A DNA stretch of 64,000 nucleotides from Oligoflexales bacterium (lineage in GTDB: Bacteria > Bdellovibrionota_B > Oligoflexia > Oligoflexales > CAIYRB01). The stretch spans positions 1 to 64,000 of the forward strand of contig JBGSUI010000014.1 in assembly GCA_041736175.1 (NCBI GenBank), written 5' to 3'. Position 1 is the stretch's first letter. Each line of letters begins with the position of its first letter. The translations under genes were made by a program, and so were the position numbers. Under the pieces are notes generated by a model that ran no database searches, had not been told where the DNA came from, and saw only the letters and a program-made list of their open reading frames with translations. Below, one piece after another: positions 1 through 9,130 of the stretch.

Positions 1-36
1 GCTGATCTATCTCAGGAACTGGATTTGGACGAATGA
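1..36 (+). CDS. 3' end of a probable excisionase-type HTH antitoxin (runs off the window edge)
   Basis: Frame 1 reads ADLSQELDLDE*. Its TGA overlaps the ATG (ATGA) of a PIN-like start, the usual HTH+PIN arrangement. Confidence 0.45.
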   Translation, partial: ADLSQELDLDE

Positions 37-170
37 GCCCCAAGGCGGATCAAGCTCATACGACGCTGCGCGTGGTAGTCCTCGACTCCTGCGTTCTTTA
101 TCCAGTCACGCTGCGTGATTTCTTTGTGACGCTCGCCACCAAGCTGCTTATGAAGTTCGACAACAGCTAG
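33..170 (+). pseudogene. Truncated PIN-domain toxin (N-terminal 45 aa only)
   Basis: Hand translation MSPKADQAHTTLRVVVLDSCVLYPVTLRDFFVTLA... matches the PIN N-terminal consensus VVLDAcVLYP..LRD. It stops at TAG 168-170. Confidence 0.7.
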
Positions 171-439
171 GCACTATTTTGGCAGAAACCGGTTTGACAT
201 TAGACCCACTTGGAAACGAAGTATGGATGCCTGATGAAACAAAGTTTGTCGAAAAGTTCGTTGGTTCCTACGTCAGAGTTTTGGTCGCTTTACCCGAATA
301 CATATTATTGTCAAAAGCTTTGAAGGCACCAGTGAAAAACAAAAAATTAATCAGAGATTACTTAGCTTTGGGCCCGTCCCAGATTTTTTTGGATCTAGCA
401 AACAAATATGAAATCGACTTGGAACAATTTTTGGATTAA
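140..439 (+). pseudogene. 5'-truncated gene, possibly a DUF6036-like nucleotidyltransferase C-terminal half
   Basis: The frame of ORF 179-439 stays open upstream (QAAYEVRQQLGTILAETG...) with no proper start. It contains WMPDET and PEYILLSKA..K. Family call is tentative. Confidence 0.4.
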
Positions 440-484
440 CGCAAAACGTATTATCGACCGATAGCCTCCTAAGAGAGGTGAAAA

Positions 485-886
485 GTGAGTGCTAACATCG
501 AACATATCCTTGCCCAAGCAAAGCTGCAATCCGCCCGAGATGCGGAGCTTAAATCCATGCCTTTTTACCAAAATACAATGGCGATGATTGGACACGTAGG
601 TCTACTCGTTCACAATAGAATCAAGCCACGAATCGTAAATGTGACCCTGACTGATATTATCAAGGCGGCAGCTCTGGAGCCGAGAATTTTTGAAATTCTC
701 CCGGCCCTGCTTATTGAGCGTAATGATTTCGTTTTGATAGACGAAGTGCCAGATGATCTCACAGAGGTCCTCGATGCGATAAATCAAAACCAACCCATTC
801 ATAAAATGCCTATTTTGCGCGGAACTACACCCGAAAAATACATCAAGTGGCTACAGCAGAAAAAACACCAATTGAGCGGTGAATAG
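485..886 (+). CDS. Hypothetical protein, 133 aa (possible TA partner)
   Basis: GTG start with GAGGTG RBS; protein-like composition. Confidence 0.65.
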   Translation: MSANIEHILAQAKLQSARDAELKSMPFYQNTMAMIGHVGLLVHNRIKPRIVNVTLTDIIKAAALEPRIFEILPALLIERNDFVLIDEVPDDLTEVLDAINQNQPIHKMPILRGTTPEKYIKWLQQKKHQLSGE

Positions 887-1032
887 CTGTCACCCCAAAA
901 ATGTCCCTGTGCCGAAAGTCGTCCAAAAATTTTTAAGAGGTCCATCTGTTTGGCATTTCCAAACAAAACAAGAAGAGCTGCCTGTAGAAATCAAGGCTCC
1001 TGATGGAGCCACAACGATAAAGTCAAAAAGAA

Positions 1033-1311
1033 TTAGCCGATCGCTAGAGAAGTGTTTAAGCGCACTTGATATACCCGCTCTATCCCTTCCAGTGCCACAT
1101 AAACATCTAAACCAATAAAGCTGAAGTCTTTCGGTTCCTTGTTGGTGTTACGGCCTCGTTTTTTTTGGAGAATACCCCAAAGATATCGTGGTGTTAGTTT
1201 GGAATCGAGAAACTCGGGATATTCGCCATGACTCCGAAAATAAACCTTTCGGCCTTTAAGTAACACCTGGGTTCCAAATCGCAGAGGCTGGTGTTTTTTC
1301 GCAGATCCCAA
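1033..1311 (-). CDS. Hypothetical basic protein, 92 aa
   Basis: ORF only; start uncertain, may be a fragment. Confidence 0.35.
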   Translation of the reverse strand: MGSAKKHQPLRFGTQVLLKGRKVYFRSHGEYPEFLDSKLTPRYLWGILQKKRGRNTNKEPKDFSFIGLDVYVALEGIERVYQVRLNTSLAIG

Positions 1312-1394
1312 GTTATTAAACTCGCCTTGCTAAAGTATAGTGATAAACAAGCGGATCCATACATTCTGATACAGGTGGTACCTTGGGTTGACTC

Positions 1395-1700
1395 TTATGT
1401 AGAGTGTTTAGTCTTGCGAACCCTTTGGGTGTTCTTCTGCCAATCGATGATTCTTCGCCCTAGGACCAATCCTTCCACGGTGAGATCCTCATCAATATCG
1501 GGCCAATGAAGGCTCGTTCCCATGCCACCAATTTGGCATTTTTTCCTCTGTTTAGGAGTCGCGCGTACAAGGCTAGGCACCAAATCGTAGGGAATTAACA
1601 GCACACGACCATCAATCAAATGCAATGAGAAATAATCGGCCTCGAACGTGACTTCTGTCACAGCGCAGTTATGGATTTTTTCTTCTGCGGTCGTATTCAT
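1395..1700 (-). CDS. DUF2442 family protein (putative antitoxin)
   Basis: L.DGR.L.IP...P.L..ATP.QR....IG..G..LHWPDIDEDL.VEGL signature. Confidence 0.88.
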   Translation of the reverse strand: MNTTAEEKIHNCAVTEVTFEADYFSLHLIDGRVLLIPYDLVPSLVRATPKQRKKCQIGGMGTSLHWPDIDEDLTVEGLVLGRRIIDWQKNTQRVRKTKHST

Positions 1701-1848
1701 TCCATTTATCCTCAATTAATTTATGGTTTTCTTGGATTAATTTCTTGGCTCGCTTGATCTCTTTTGCGCTAAATCCAATGCTGTTCGCTAAAATGATGTC
1801 TGGTTTTATCCAAAATTTGCTCCTACCATCGCCATAAGCAACATGGGG
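1669..1848 (-). pseudogene. 5'-truncated DUF4160 family protein
   Basis: Hand translation PHVAYGDGRSKFWIKPDIILANSIGFSAKEIKRAKKLIQENHKLIEDKWNEY..., the typical DUF2442 partner. An in-frame TAG lies directly upstream and there is no start codon. Confidence 0.75.
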
Positions 1849-1876
1849 CTATAGTACCGCCGTCACCTACTGGCGT

Positions 1877-2356
1877 TTAGAGGTATCTTTTGCCATGGCA
1901 CTGGCTAAACACCTTTCCAAGACCACAGGGACAGGTTTCGCCCTTGGCCAGAGTTCTTGGTTTGTCTCCTTCGTTGAGAAACTCCCCTGAATGATAGAGC
2001 CAACGGCCGTCCACGAGGTCAAATTGACTTATTTCATGCAGGGTTTCGAGTTTGTTGCCATAGATCAACTGGGCCCGAAATTCCACGGATCCCTGGTCTC
2101 CCTCCACATCACTCCCTAGGATTTCCAGCTTGATCCAATTCGAAGGTTCGTCGCCCCCTAGATCCTCTGGGTAGGTCTCTGGATTCCAGGTTTGCTTGAG
2201 ATAGGCATAGTCCCCTAGACAAAAAGCTGTGTAACGGCTGCGCATCACAGTGGTCGGATCTAGAGCTATTTTTCCTTGATGGATGTAAAGTCCACAGCAC
2301 TGGTTAATTGGCATGTTGGTCCCGCAGGGACAAAGACTAACGGGGCTTGCTGTCAT
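1877..2356 (-). CDS. ychJ: YchJ family SEC-C motif protein
   Basis: N-terminal CPCG...CC, MRSRYTAF, VEF.A, HE.S.F...GRW.Y, C-terminal CPCG.GK.F..CHG. Confidence 0.92.
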   Translation of the reverse strand: MTASPVSLCPCGTNMPINQCCGLYIHQGKIALDPTTVMRSRYTAFCLGDYAYLKQTWNPETYPEDLGGDEPSNWIKLEILGSDVEGDQGSVEFRAQLIYGNKLETLHEISQFDLVDGRWLYHSGEFLNEGDKPRTLAKGETCPCGLGKVFSQCHGKRYL

Positions 2357-2570
2357 AAATTCTTGTTTCCTCAAAGGGTGGTCTCTCCTGCTGCCTCCCA
2401 AAAACTGGCCAGAAGACACCTATGATCCCCATTGGTATCAATTATTTCTCAACGTTTCCATCTCATTAAAACCCACTTGGCATGAATATTGATGAAACTA
2501 TTTTAGGCTCTAGTCTTTATTCATGAATCAATCAGTTAGAAATCATGACGTTGCTTTTAAGGATTACGAT

Positions 2571-3185
2571 ATGAAGTTCGAAAAACATGGAAAAATATTA
2601 GGAATTTCAACATTTTTGGCTGCCATGGTGATCAGCTGCATTCCTAAATCTACTGAGCTTTCCATGGCGACAAACGTCGATTGTAATCAGGCCCTGATCC
2701 TACCCCAATGCCGGGCCACTGTCCAAGAGTTGATCGCCCGTCGACAGTTTGGCTTTCACGTGACTGCTACTGAAAACGTGGCAAGCATTATGAACAAGGG
2801 ACTCCTGGCGTCGCAAGGTGGCAAAAATCCGAAGGGACTCTGCAGTCTTATGGCAGGAATGTCCTGTTCAAAAGATATTCCGGCTGATGAAGATTATAGG
2901 GGGAGGAGCCTAGGATACCTTTTCTTTGCTAAAGACCTCAATATCGTTGCGAAATTTCTGCCCGTTAATGACAGTGCGGGAGTATCCTACACCATCTTAG
3001 GTATTCGCCTCGGTGGGCTCGAAGCGAAAGGGTATGAAGTCGACCCAGACTACGGTCGAGGAGCCTTTAGGACAAAACAAGATGTCCCACCGAGCCAACT
3101 CGTAGTTTTGGGTACTGATATCGAAGAGATTAAAAAGAATTACTTACCAAAAAAATCATTTTTTCCTTGTTTTGGCCCTAGATGA
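2571..3185 (+). CDS. Lipoprotein with putative ADP-ribosyltransferase/Tpt1(KptA)-like domain
   Basis: Lipobox-like MVISC; FHVT....ASIMNKGL, LFFA and FRTKQDVPP motifs resemble the NAD-binding ART/Tpt1 fold. Confidence 0.5.
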   Translation: MKFEKHGKILGISTFLAAMVISCIPKSTELSMATNVDCNQALILPQCRATVQELIARRQFGFHVTATENVASIMNKGLLASQGGKNPKGLCSLMAGMSCSKDIPADEDYRGRSLGYLFFAKDLNIVAKFLPVNDSAGVSYTILGIRLGGLEAKGYEVDPDYGRGAFRTKQDVPPSQLVVLGTDIEEIKKNYLPKKSFFPCFGPR

Positions 3186-3283
3186 CACTAAGTTTTATAA
3201 AGTTGACTAAACTGGCCTAAAACGTTATGGACTGAGTGCTTTATATTTTAAAAAAGTAGGTTGACAAACTAGGGAGAAGCAAC

Positions 3284-3985
3284 GTGAACAAGAGAATAAT
3301 CATTGCCAGCATCTTGGGTTTATTTCCGCTATTATCCACCGCAAATGCAGACCAAACAGCAGACCCTGCAAACGCTTGCGTTCAAGGTCAATGTAGCTGG
3401 ATTGAGAGTGTCAACACTCTGGGCCAAAAGCACGGGATCAGACTGGAAAAGGTACCCTCGGACGGCATTGAGCAATACCTGCCGATCGGTCGCTCGACGG
3501 AGACTGGAATTCCTGAATCGATCCAGGGAATCTGGTGGCTTAATTTTGGTCAAAAAGGCGACCTGCTTGCTTCTTTTGCCGTAGCAGAGTGGGACGCACA
3601 AAAGCGAATCGCGACCCTTCCAGTCTATGGTGTCGGTGCGTTTAGCTTTCATGGCACAGATGTCGGGGCCTCGTCTTACTATCCTTTGCTAGCGACTCAG
3701 TTTCGTTACGAATTTAAATTTAGCGATCAGGACCGATTCGCCACGATCACGCCGTCCCTTAAAATCTTAGGTTTAAGAGTCTCGGTCCCAGAATCCATCG
3801 TGAAGCTCACGATGCGACTCCAGGCCGACGGCAACTGGGTGCGAGATACGCGCTTTTTTGGCCAACGCACACCTGATTACAATCTAGTAAGAATTGTGAC
3901 TCCCGAAGGCTTTCGAGTACCTGCTTATAAGGAATACTTGAAAGTCGCTGAAGAGTTTTCCTATGTCGCTGTTAAAGGTGAGTAG
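3284..3985 (+). CDS. Secreted hypothetical protein (aromatic, beta-rich)
   Basis: GGGAG RBS, GTG start, Sec signal ending ANA-D. Confidence 0.75.
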   Translation: MNKRIIIASILGLFPLLSTANADQTADPANACVQGQCSWIESVNTLGQKHGIRLEKVPSDGIEQYLPIGRSTETGIPESIQGIWWLNFGQKGDLLASFAVAEWDAQKRIATLPVYGVGAFSFHGTDVGASSYYPLLATQFRYEFKFSDQDRFATITPSLKILGLRVSVPESIVKLTMRLQADGNWVRDTRFFGQRTPDYNLVRIVTPEGFRVPAYKEYLKVAEEFSYVAVKGE

Positions 3986-4175
3986 GATGGATTGTTCGAT
4001 ATCGCAAGGGCTTGCTGGGTGGCAGGCCCAGCCTGGATTTGCCTAACCTTATAAAAATCTGGTATCACACAGGGGGTCCGGATGAGATGCGCCCCGTGGG
4101 CGGTCTTCGACACCCATCTGTGGGTCCGTTCGGTTTCGTTTCATATCGTCCATTTTCCCCTACAAAGGTTTCTTC

Positions 4176-6884
4176 ATGTCGATTCCCCCCCATACCAAGG
4201 CTCCAAGCCAAGATCACACAAACCGATTAGACCAAGCAAATCCACCAAATAAGCCAGAAACGGGCGCACAAACCGCGGAGTCAGCGTCTCCCGATCCTAA
4301 AAGCATCTTTTATCGCCAAAAGGCTCTCTTAGATCAGTTCGGACTTAAGATCCAACGGGACTTCCTGGTCCTGGAGGTGCAGGGTGAGGTCCTCTGGGAA
4401 CCCACAACTCCGGGGGTCTCTCCAAACCCGACAGGTCCTGTCACAAAAATTGTGGCCACCCATAAGACTCCCGAAAAAGAATGGGAGCGGTTGACCAAAA
4501 ACCTTGACCAACCGGAAAACCTCGCCCTTTTTATGGAAGAATTCATAGCCGAGGGAAGACTGCGCATCCACCGTAAGATCGCAAAGGCCCAAGATCTTGC
4601 CCACCGCATCCTAGAGATTGCGCGCTCCCCTAAAAACCGGGCCTATCTGGAAGCCAACAAATCCAGCGACCTTTCTCGAGACCTTTTGGACCTTATCCAA
4701 AAAGGCTATCCCGTATCTTTTACGGGAGCACCCACCTGGTCCCTTAAAAACGCCACCACCCGGATCGAAACCCTGTTTCAAAAGATCCGGAGCCTCCTCG
4801 CTGACGCCCAACTGGACGAACTTTCCGCCAGGCTTCGGGGCCATGATGAGTTTCAGTTTAAAAAGAGAACCCTGAGGAAAAAATTCGTAGTCGAGATCCC
4901 CGTAGGGGCTTCGGTGATGCCCCTTAAAAACGAGATCATCCAACAGATCAGCCAGCAAGATCTGGAACGCTATTTAGACCTGACTCCCGACCTCTTGGTC
5001 AAAGAGCTTGAAGCCAGCTTTAAACCTGCTCTTGCGGAATTCCGTGCTTCGGTCGAGGAACAGGTCGCCAAGCTCTATAAAAAGATTAAAAACCTACCCC
5101 ACACCGACCTTTTGACCGACGACGCGGTGGTAACCACCATCACCCCTTACTTCACCCGGCGTGATGAACCCTTTCGCAAACGGCACGCGCGAGATGCCCT
5201 GGTCGCTGTGGAGGAGCGGGCCAGGGAAGCAAAGTACCGGGACGATGTGTTTCGCCTCGAAGAGCACCGGGCCGAGTACGCCGATGTGGCCCGCTACTAC
5301 CCTCTTGCCCGTAGCCTTGGTCGAAAGCTTATCCTGTACGTAGGCCCCACCAACAGCGGGAAAACCTGGCGGGCCCTCAACGATCTCGCCCTAGGAGAGT
5401 CCGGTGCCTATCTAGCTCCCCTGCGGCTTTTAGCCCTTGAGGGTCAGGAAGAATTGGAAAAAAGGGGCAAACCCACTTCCTATATCACCGGCGAAGAGCG
5501 GGAAATTCGCCCCGGTGCCCAGTTTGTGAGTTCGACCATCGAAATGCTCGATCTTGACCGGCCTATCGACCGGGTGGTGATCGACGAAGTCCAACTCCTC
5601 GCCGACGAGCGGCGGGGCTGGGCCTGGTTGGCCGCCTTTGTCGGGGCTCCAGCCTCGCGGGTGATCATGACGGGGTCTCCCGACTGCGTGGCCATGGTCC
5701 GCTGGCTGGCTTCTTACCTGGGAGAGGAGCTGGAAATCGTCGACTGCCAACGCTACAACGAACTCAAAATCGCCGACGTCCCTTCCCAGCTCCATAACCT
5801 ACCTACGGCCACCGCCGTGGTCTGTTTTAGTCGCCGGGATGTTTTAACCATCAAGGCGCAGATTGAAGAGACTTCTAAGCACCGGGTCGCCGTGGTCTAC
5901 GGCAACCTAAGCCCCCAGGTGCGTCGCGAAGAAGCCCGCCGCTTCCGCTCAGGTGAGGCCGATATCCTTGTGGCCACAGATGCGATCGCCATGGGTCTAA
6001 ACCTCCCCATTCACCAGGTGGTGTTTTTTAAGACCGAAAAATACGACGGCGAATCCACCCGTCTCCTCGAATACAGCGAGATCAGGCAGATTGCCGGTCG
6101 TGCGGGCCGCTACGGATTTGCCCAATTTGGCGTGGCCTCCGCTCTGACCCCCCAGGCTCTCAACCTGGTCCGTATGGCCCTCAGATCCCCCCAAAAACCC
6201 CTGGAACCAACTTTTTACGTCGCCCCAGGACCTAACCACGTGCGGATCATAGGCAAGGTCCTCGGCACAGACTCCCTGGAGCGGATCCTGACCTTTTTCG
6301 AAAAAGCCATGGATTTTTCTAATCCGAGTTTTGCCCGTGCCAATATCGACGAGCTTTCGTTTTTATCGTCTTATATCGACGAAGCCCTGCCCCATATGTC
6401 TCCTGTGGAACGGCTTGGAATCGCTTGCGCACCGGTTGACCTCAAGAGCGACACCGTATTGGGATGGTTTCTTGAGCGTATGGTTCCCGCCTTTGGGGCA
6501 GCCCTCGACGCCTCGGAGCCAGAGGAAAACCCCGATTTTCTGGACGATCTTTTTGAAGACGCCGACCGCTTTAGCGTCGGCAGCGCTCCTGGATCCATGG
6601 AACTCAGGCGGGCAGAGGATTATCTTAAATCTCTGACGGTCTATGCCTGGTTGGCCTACCGCTACTCCCATGTGTTTCCCCGGATCGATGACTGCCAAAA
6701 AAGCCGCGAGATCGTCAATGCCTATATCGAACGCTCCCTGCGCTCAGGGGTCGTCCGTCGCTGCACCGGGTGTAAAAAGCAGCTACCAGCGATCCATCCC
6801 TACCGCCAGTGTGAGGAGTGTTTCCAAAAGACAAAAAAGACGCGGTTTCAATACTCCGGAAACGAAAGGCGACGGCGGACCTAA
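4176..6884 (+). CDS. SUV3-like SF2 helicase with C-terminal zinc ribbon
   Basis: GPTNSGKT, APLRLLALE, DEVQ, RGWAW, ATDAIAMGLNL, QIAGRAGR; C-terminal CxxC...CxxC. Confidence 0.93.
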   Translation: MSIPPHTKAPSQDHTNRLDQANPPNKPETGAQTAESASPDPKSIFYRQKALLDQFGLKIQRDFLVLEVQGEVLWEPTTPGVSPNPTGPVTKIVATHKTPEKEWERLTKNLDQPENLALFMEEFIAEGRLRIHRKIAKAQDLAHRILEIARSPKNRAYLEANKSSDLSRDLLDLIQKGYPVSFTGAPTWSLKNATTRIETLFQKIRSLLADAQLDELSARLRGHDEFQFKKRTLRKKFVVEIPVGASVMPLKNEIIQQISQQDLERYLDLTPDLLVKELEASFKPALAEFRASVEEQVAKLYKKIKNLPHTDLLTDDAVVTTITPYFTRRDEPFRKRHARDALVAVEERAREAKYRDDVFRLEEHRAEYADVARYYPLARSLGRKLILYVGPTNSGKTWRALNDLALGESGAYLAPLRLLALEGQEELEKRGKPTSYITGEEREIRPGAQFVSSTIEMLDLDRPIDRVVIDEVQLLADERRGWAWLAAFVGAPASRVIMTGSPDCVAMVRWLASYLGEELEIVDCQRYNELKIADVPSQLHNLPTATAVVCFSRRDVLTIKAQIEETSKHRVAVVYGNLSPQVRREEARRFRSGEADILVATDAIAMGLNLPIHQVVFFKTEKYDGESTRLLEYSEIRQIAGRAGRYGFAQFGVASALTPQALNLVRMALRSPQKPLEPTFYVAPGPNHVRIIGKVLGTDSLERILTFFEKAMDFSNPSFARANIDELSFLSSYIDEALPHMSPVERLGIACAPVDLKSDTVLGWFLERMVPAFGAALDASEPEENPDFLDDLFEDADRFSVGSAPGSMELRRAEDYLKSLTVYAWLAYRYSHVFPRIDDCQKSREIVNAYIERSLRSGVVRRCTGCKKQLPAIHPYRQCEECFQKTKKTRFQYSGNERRRRT
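6801..6831 (+). repeat. 31-bp direct repeat A, copy 1 (inside the helicase 3' end)
   Basis: TACCGCCAGTGTGAGGAGTGTTTCCAAAAGA is identical to 10031-10061. Confidence 0.95.
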
Positions 6885-6998
6885 GTGGGATTTGAATTTC
6901 TCTCAATTTAGCCGGGGTAAACTAAAAGCCGGGAAAAACCGACACCCTCAAATTCCTCCTCGCCTTAAAAGGCGAGGTTTCCTTTGGAGCAAAGTTTG

Positions 6999-8093
6999 AT
7001 GAATTCGTTAAACACGTTAGAGCTGCGAGGATTCAAGTCAATCAAAGATTTGAAGATTAACCTTACAAACCTAAATATATTCATAGGCCCCAATGGAGTC
7101 GGAAAATCCAATTTTATTTCATTCTTTTCGCTTCTAAATGCTATCATTGAAAGTAACCTTCAACTTTTTGTCGCAAAAAAAGGTGGTGCAGATACATTTC
7201 TGCATTTTGGAAGCAAAACTACGCCGACTTTGTCAGCAAAACTTTATTTTGGTTTAAATGGATATTTTTTTGACTTGGAACCTGCCGCTGATAATTCTTT
7301 AATCTTTACAAAGGAATCGATGTACTTTGATGGACCGCATTTTGGACCTACGTTAAAGGTGATTGGCTCGGGAAATAAAGAAGCCAATATCGAACTTAAT
7401 CTGAAAAATTTCGATTCATCGACGCGCAAAGTCGCCAATTGGATTATTCCCGCCATTAAAGGTTGGAAGGTATATCACTTTCACGATACAAGTGACTCTG
7501 CCCCGGTTAAGCAACTTTGCCAAATTAATAACAATATGAATCTTAGTCCTAATGGAGCGAATTTAGCAGCATTCCTCTATTTGCTCAAAAATTCTTATCC
7601 AAAAAATTATAGTGATATTGTCTCATCAATCAAATATGTCGCTCCTTTTTTTGACGACTTTATATTGCGAGAAAATCCACTTAACAAAAGCACAATACAG
7701 TTAGAATGGAGACAAAAAGGCTCTGACAATCCATTCCTTGCCCATCACTTATCCGATGGAACGCTTAGATTTATCCTACTCGCGACTCTTTTATTGCAAC
7801 CTGATCCCCCTCAAACTTTAGTCATTGACGAGCCAGAGCTTGGTTTGCATCCAGCCGCAATAAATCATTTAGCTGGGTTGATTCGCAGTTTGTCATCTGA
7901 GAGACAAATCATTGTCTCGACACAGTCAGTTACATTCTTAAATGAGTTCAACCCTGAAGACGTGATTGTCGTGGATAGAGTCGATGACCATTCCGAATTT
8001 ACTCGGCTAGATTCTGAAAAGATTAAATCCTGGATGGATAACTATGCAATAGGAGAAATTTGGGAAAAGAATTGGATTGGAGGACGTCCTTGA
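6999..8093 (+). CDS. ABC-type AAA ATPase (AAA_21/AAA_15-like)
   Basis: GFKSI, Walker A GPNGVGKSN, signature LSDGT, Walker B IDEPELGLHP, STQS. AT-rich relative to the flanks. Confidence 0.92.
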   Translation: MNSLNTLELRGFKSIKDLKINLTNLNIFIGPNGVGKSNFISFFSLLNAIIESNLQLFVAKKGGADTFLHFGSKTTPTLSAKLYFGLNGYFFDLEPAADNSLIFTKESMYFDGPHFGPTLKVIGSGNKEANIELNLKNFDSSTRKVANWIIPAIKGWKVYHFHDTSDSAPVKQLCQINNNMNLSPNGANLAAFLYLLKNSYPKNYSDIVSSIKYVAPFFDDFILRENPLNKSTIQLEWRQKGSDNPFLAHHLSDGTLRFILLATLLLQPDPPQTLVIDEPELGLHPAAINHLAGLIRSLSSERQIIVSTQSVTFLNEFNPEDVIVVDRVDDHSEFTRLDSEKIKSWMDNYAIGEIWEKNWIGGRP

Positions 8094-8740
8094 TTAAAAG
8101 GATAAATCTCATTGTCGAAGGTCAGACAGAAGAATTTTTTGTAAAGAGAATACTTGCTCCATACCTTGCATCATATAAAACTTTTGTATCAGCTCGTCGC
8201 GTGGAAACAGGTCGCAAAGGACCCAAAATCCATCGTGGAGGAATGACCAGCTATTCTAAAGCCAAAAATGATATACAGCATTGGTTACGCGAAGATCAAC
8301 AAGCCCTTGTAAGCACCATGTTTGACTTCTATGGACTTCCGACAGATTTCCCGGGGATCACGGGACTTGTTTCTGACCCACGACAGAGCATTGCGATGCT
8401 GGAGACAGCACTCAAGGTGGATATACCTTCAAGTAGATTTATTCCCTATATTCAACTTCATGAATTTGAAGCTTTGCTATTTTCTGATCCACAGGCTATT
8501 CAAGATTCTGTCCCTGGGCAAAATTGCGTCAAGAAGCTTGAGGCGATATTATCCTCTTTTAGCAATGATCCAGAGCTGATTAATAACAACCCCGCCACTG
8601 CTCCATCCAAACGACTTTGTCAACTATATCCTAGATACGATAAAGTAGCCTATGGTGCGAAAATTGCTGAAAATATAGGAATCGAGAAACTAAGATCTAA
8701 ATGCCTAAATTTTGATTCTTGGATCAAAAAATTAATCTGA
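8090..8740 (+). CDS. DUF4276 family protein (TOPRIM-like)
   Basis: VEGQTEE, DFYGLP, YIQLHEFEALLFSD, PSKRL, YDK..G motifs; TTG start overlapping the ATPase stop, with GGAGG RBS. Confidence 0.88.
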   Translation: MIKRINLIVEGQTEEFFVKRILAPYLASYKTFVSARRVETGRKGPKIHRGGMTSYSKAKNDIQHWLREDQQALVSTMFDFYGLPTDFPGITGLVSDPRQSIAMLETALKVDIPSSRFIPYIQLHEFEALLFSDPQAIQDSVPGQNCVKKLEAILSSFSNDPELINNNPATAPSKRLCQLYPRYDKVAYGAKIAENIGIEKLRSKCLNFDSWIKKLI

Positions 8741-8812
8741 AAACTGCCCGTTTCTCGACAAATAGCTGTAGGATGTTTACTTCTATTGAATCATCGACTC
8801 CAAGTGTTGGCT

Positions 8813-8866
8813 CATACTAAACAAAGCCCCTACCTCAATTCAGAAGTAGGGTCTTTGTTTAGTATG
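8813..8866. terminator. Long inverted repeat between convergent genes, probable bidirectional terminator
   Basis: CATACTAAACAAAGCCCCTAC ... GTAGGGTCTTTGTTTAGTATG, a 21-bp stem with 1 mismatch. Confidence 0.6.
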
Positions 8867-8868
8867 CG

Positions 8869-9130
8869 CCATAATCGCAAAAATCAGTCGCAGGTACAGC
8901 ATGGGTAAGGGTAGTTACCGGGTCCACCATAACAGGTGCCGACGCGCCCAGAACTGACCGAGCGGTAAAAACCCGGTCCGCCTTTAGACTCACAGACCAT
9001 TGTTGAGCAATCTAACACGCGTCTAGGACTAGGGGGTACAGGGGAATTATCTGGTCGACGAATGATATGAGTTCCTGGTCCCGTCATAATCAAATCATCT
9101 TCATGGGCGGCTGCAAGAAGGGCAGAGTAA
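8869..9130. repeat. 262-bp direct repeat B, copy 1 (3' end of the DJ-1/PfpI gene)
   Basis: Aligns without gaps to 12223-12484 with 7 mismatches. Confidence 0.97.

Noticed and set aside
4071..4161. tRNA or hammerhead ribozyme
   Set aside because: No cloverleaf or CCA end, and no CUGANGA/GAAA core.
8740..8751. AAAACTGCCCGT resembling the uvrA 3' end
   Set aside because: Too short and imperfect to exceed chance.
8813..8866. Hairpin as an integron attC site (ACTAAAC...GTTTAGT)
   Set aside because: Does not fit RYYYAAC/GTTRRRY, occurs once, and no integron integrase is present; a terminator is the simpler reading.
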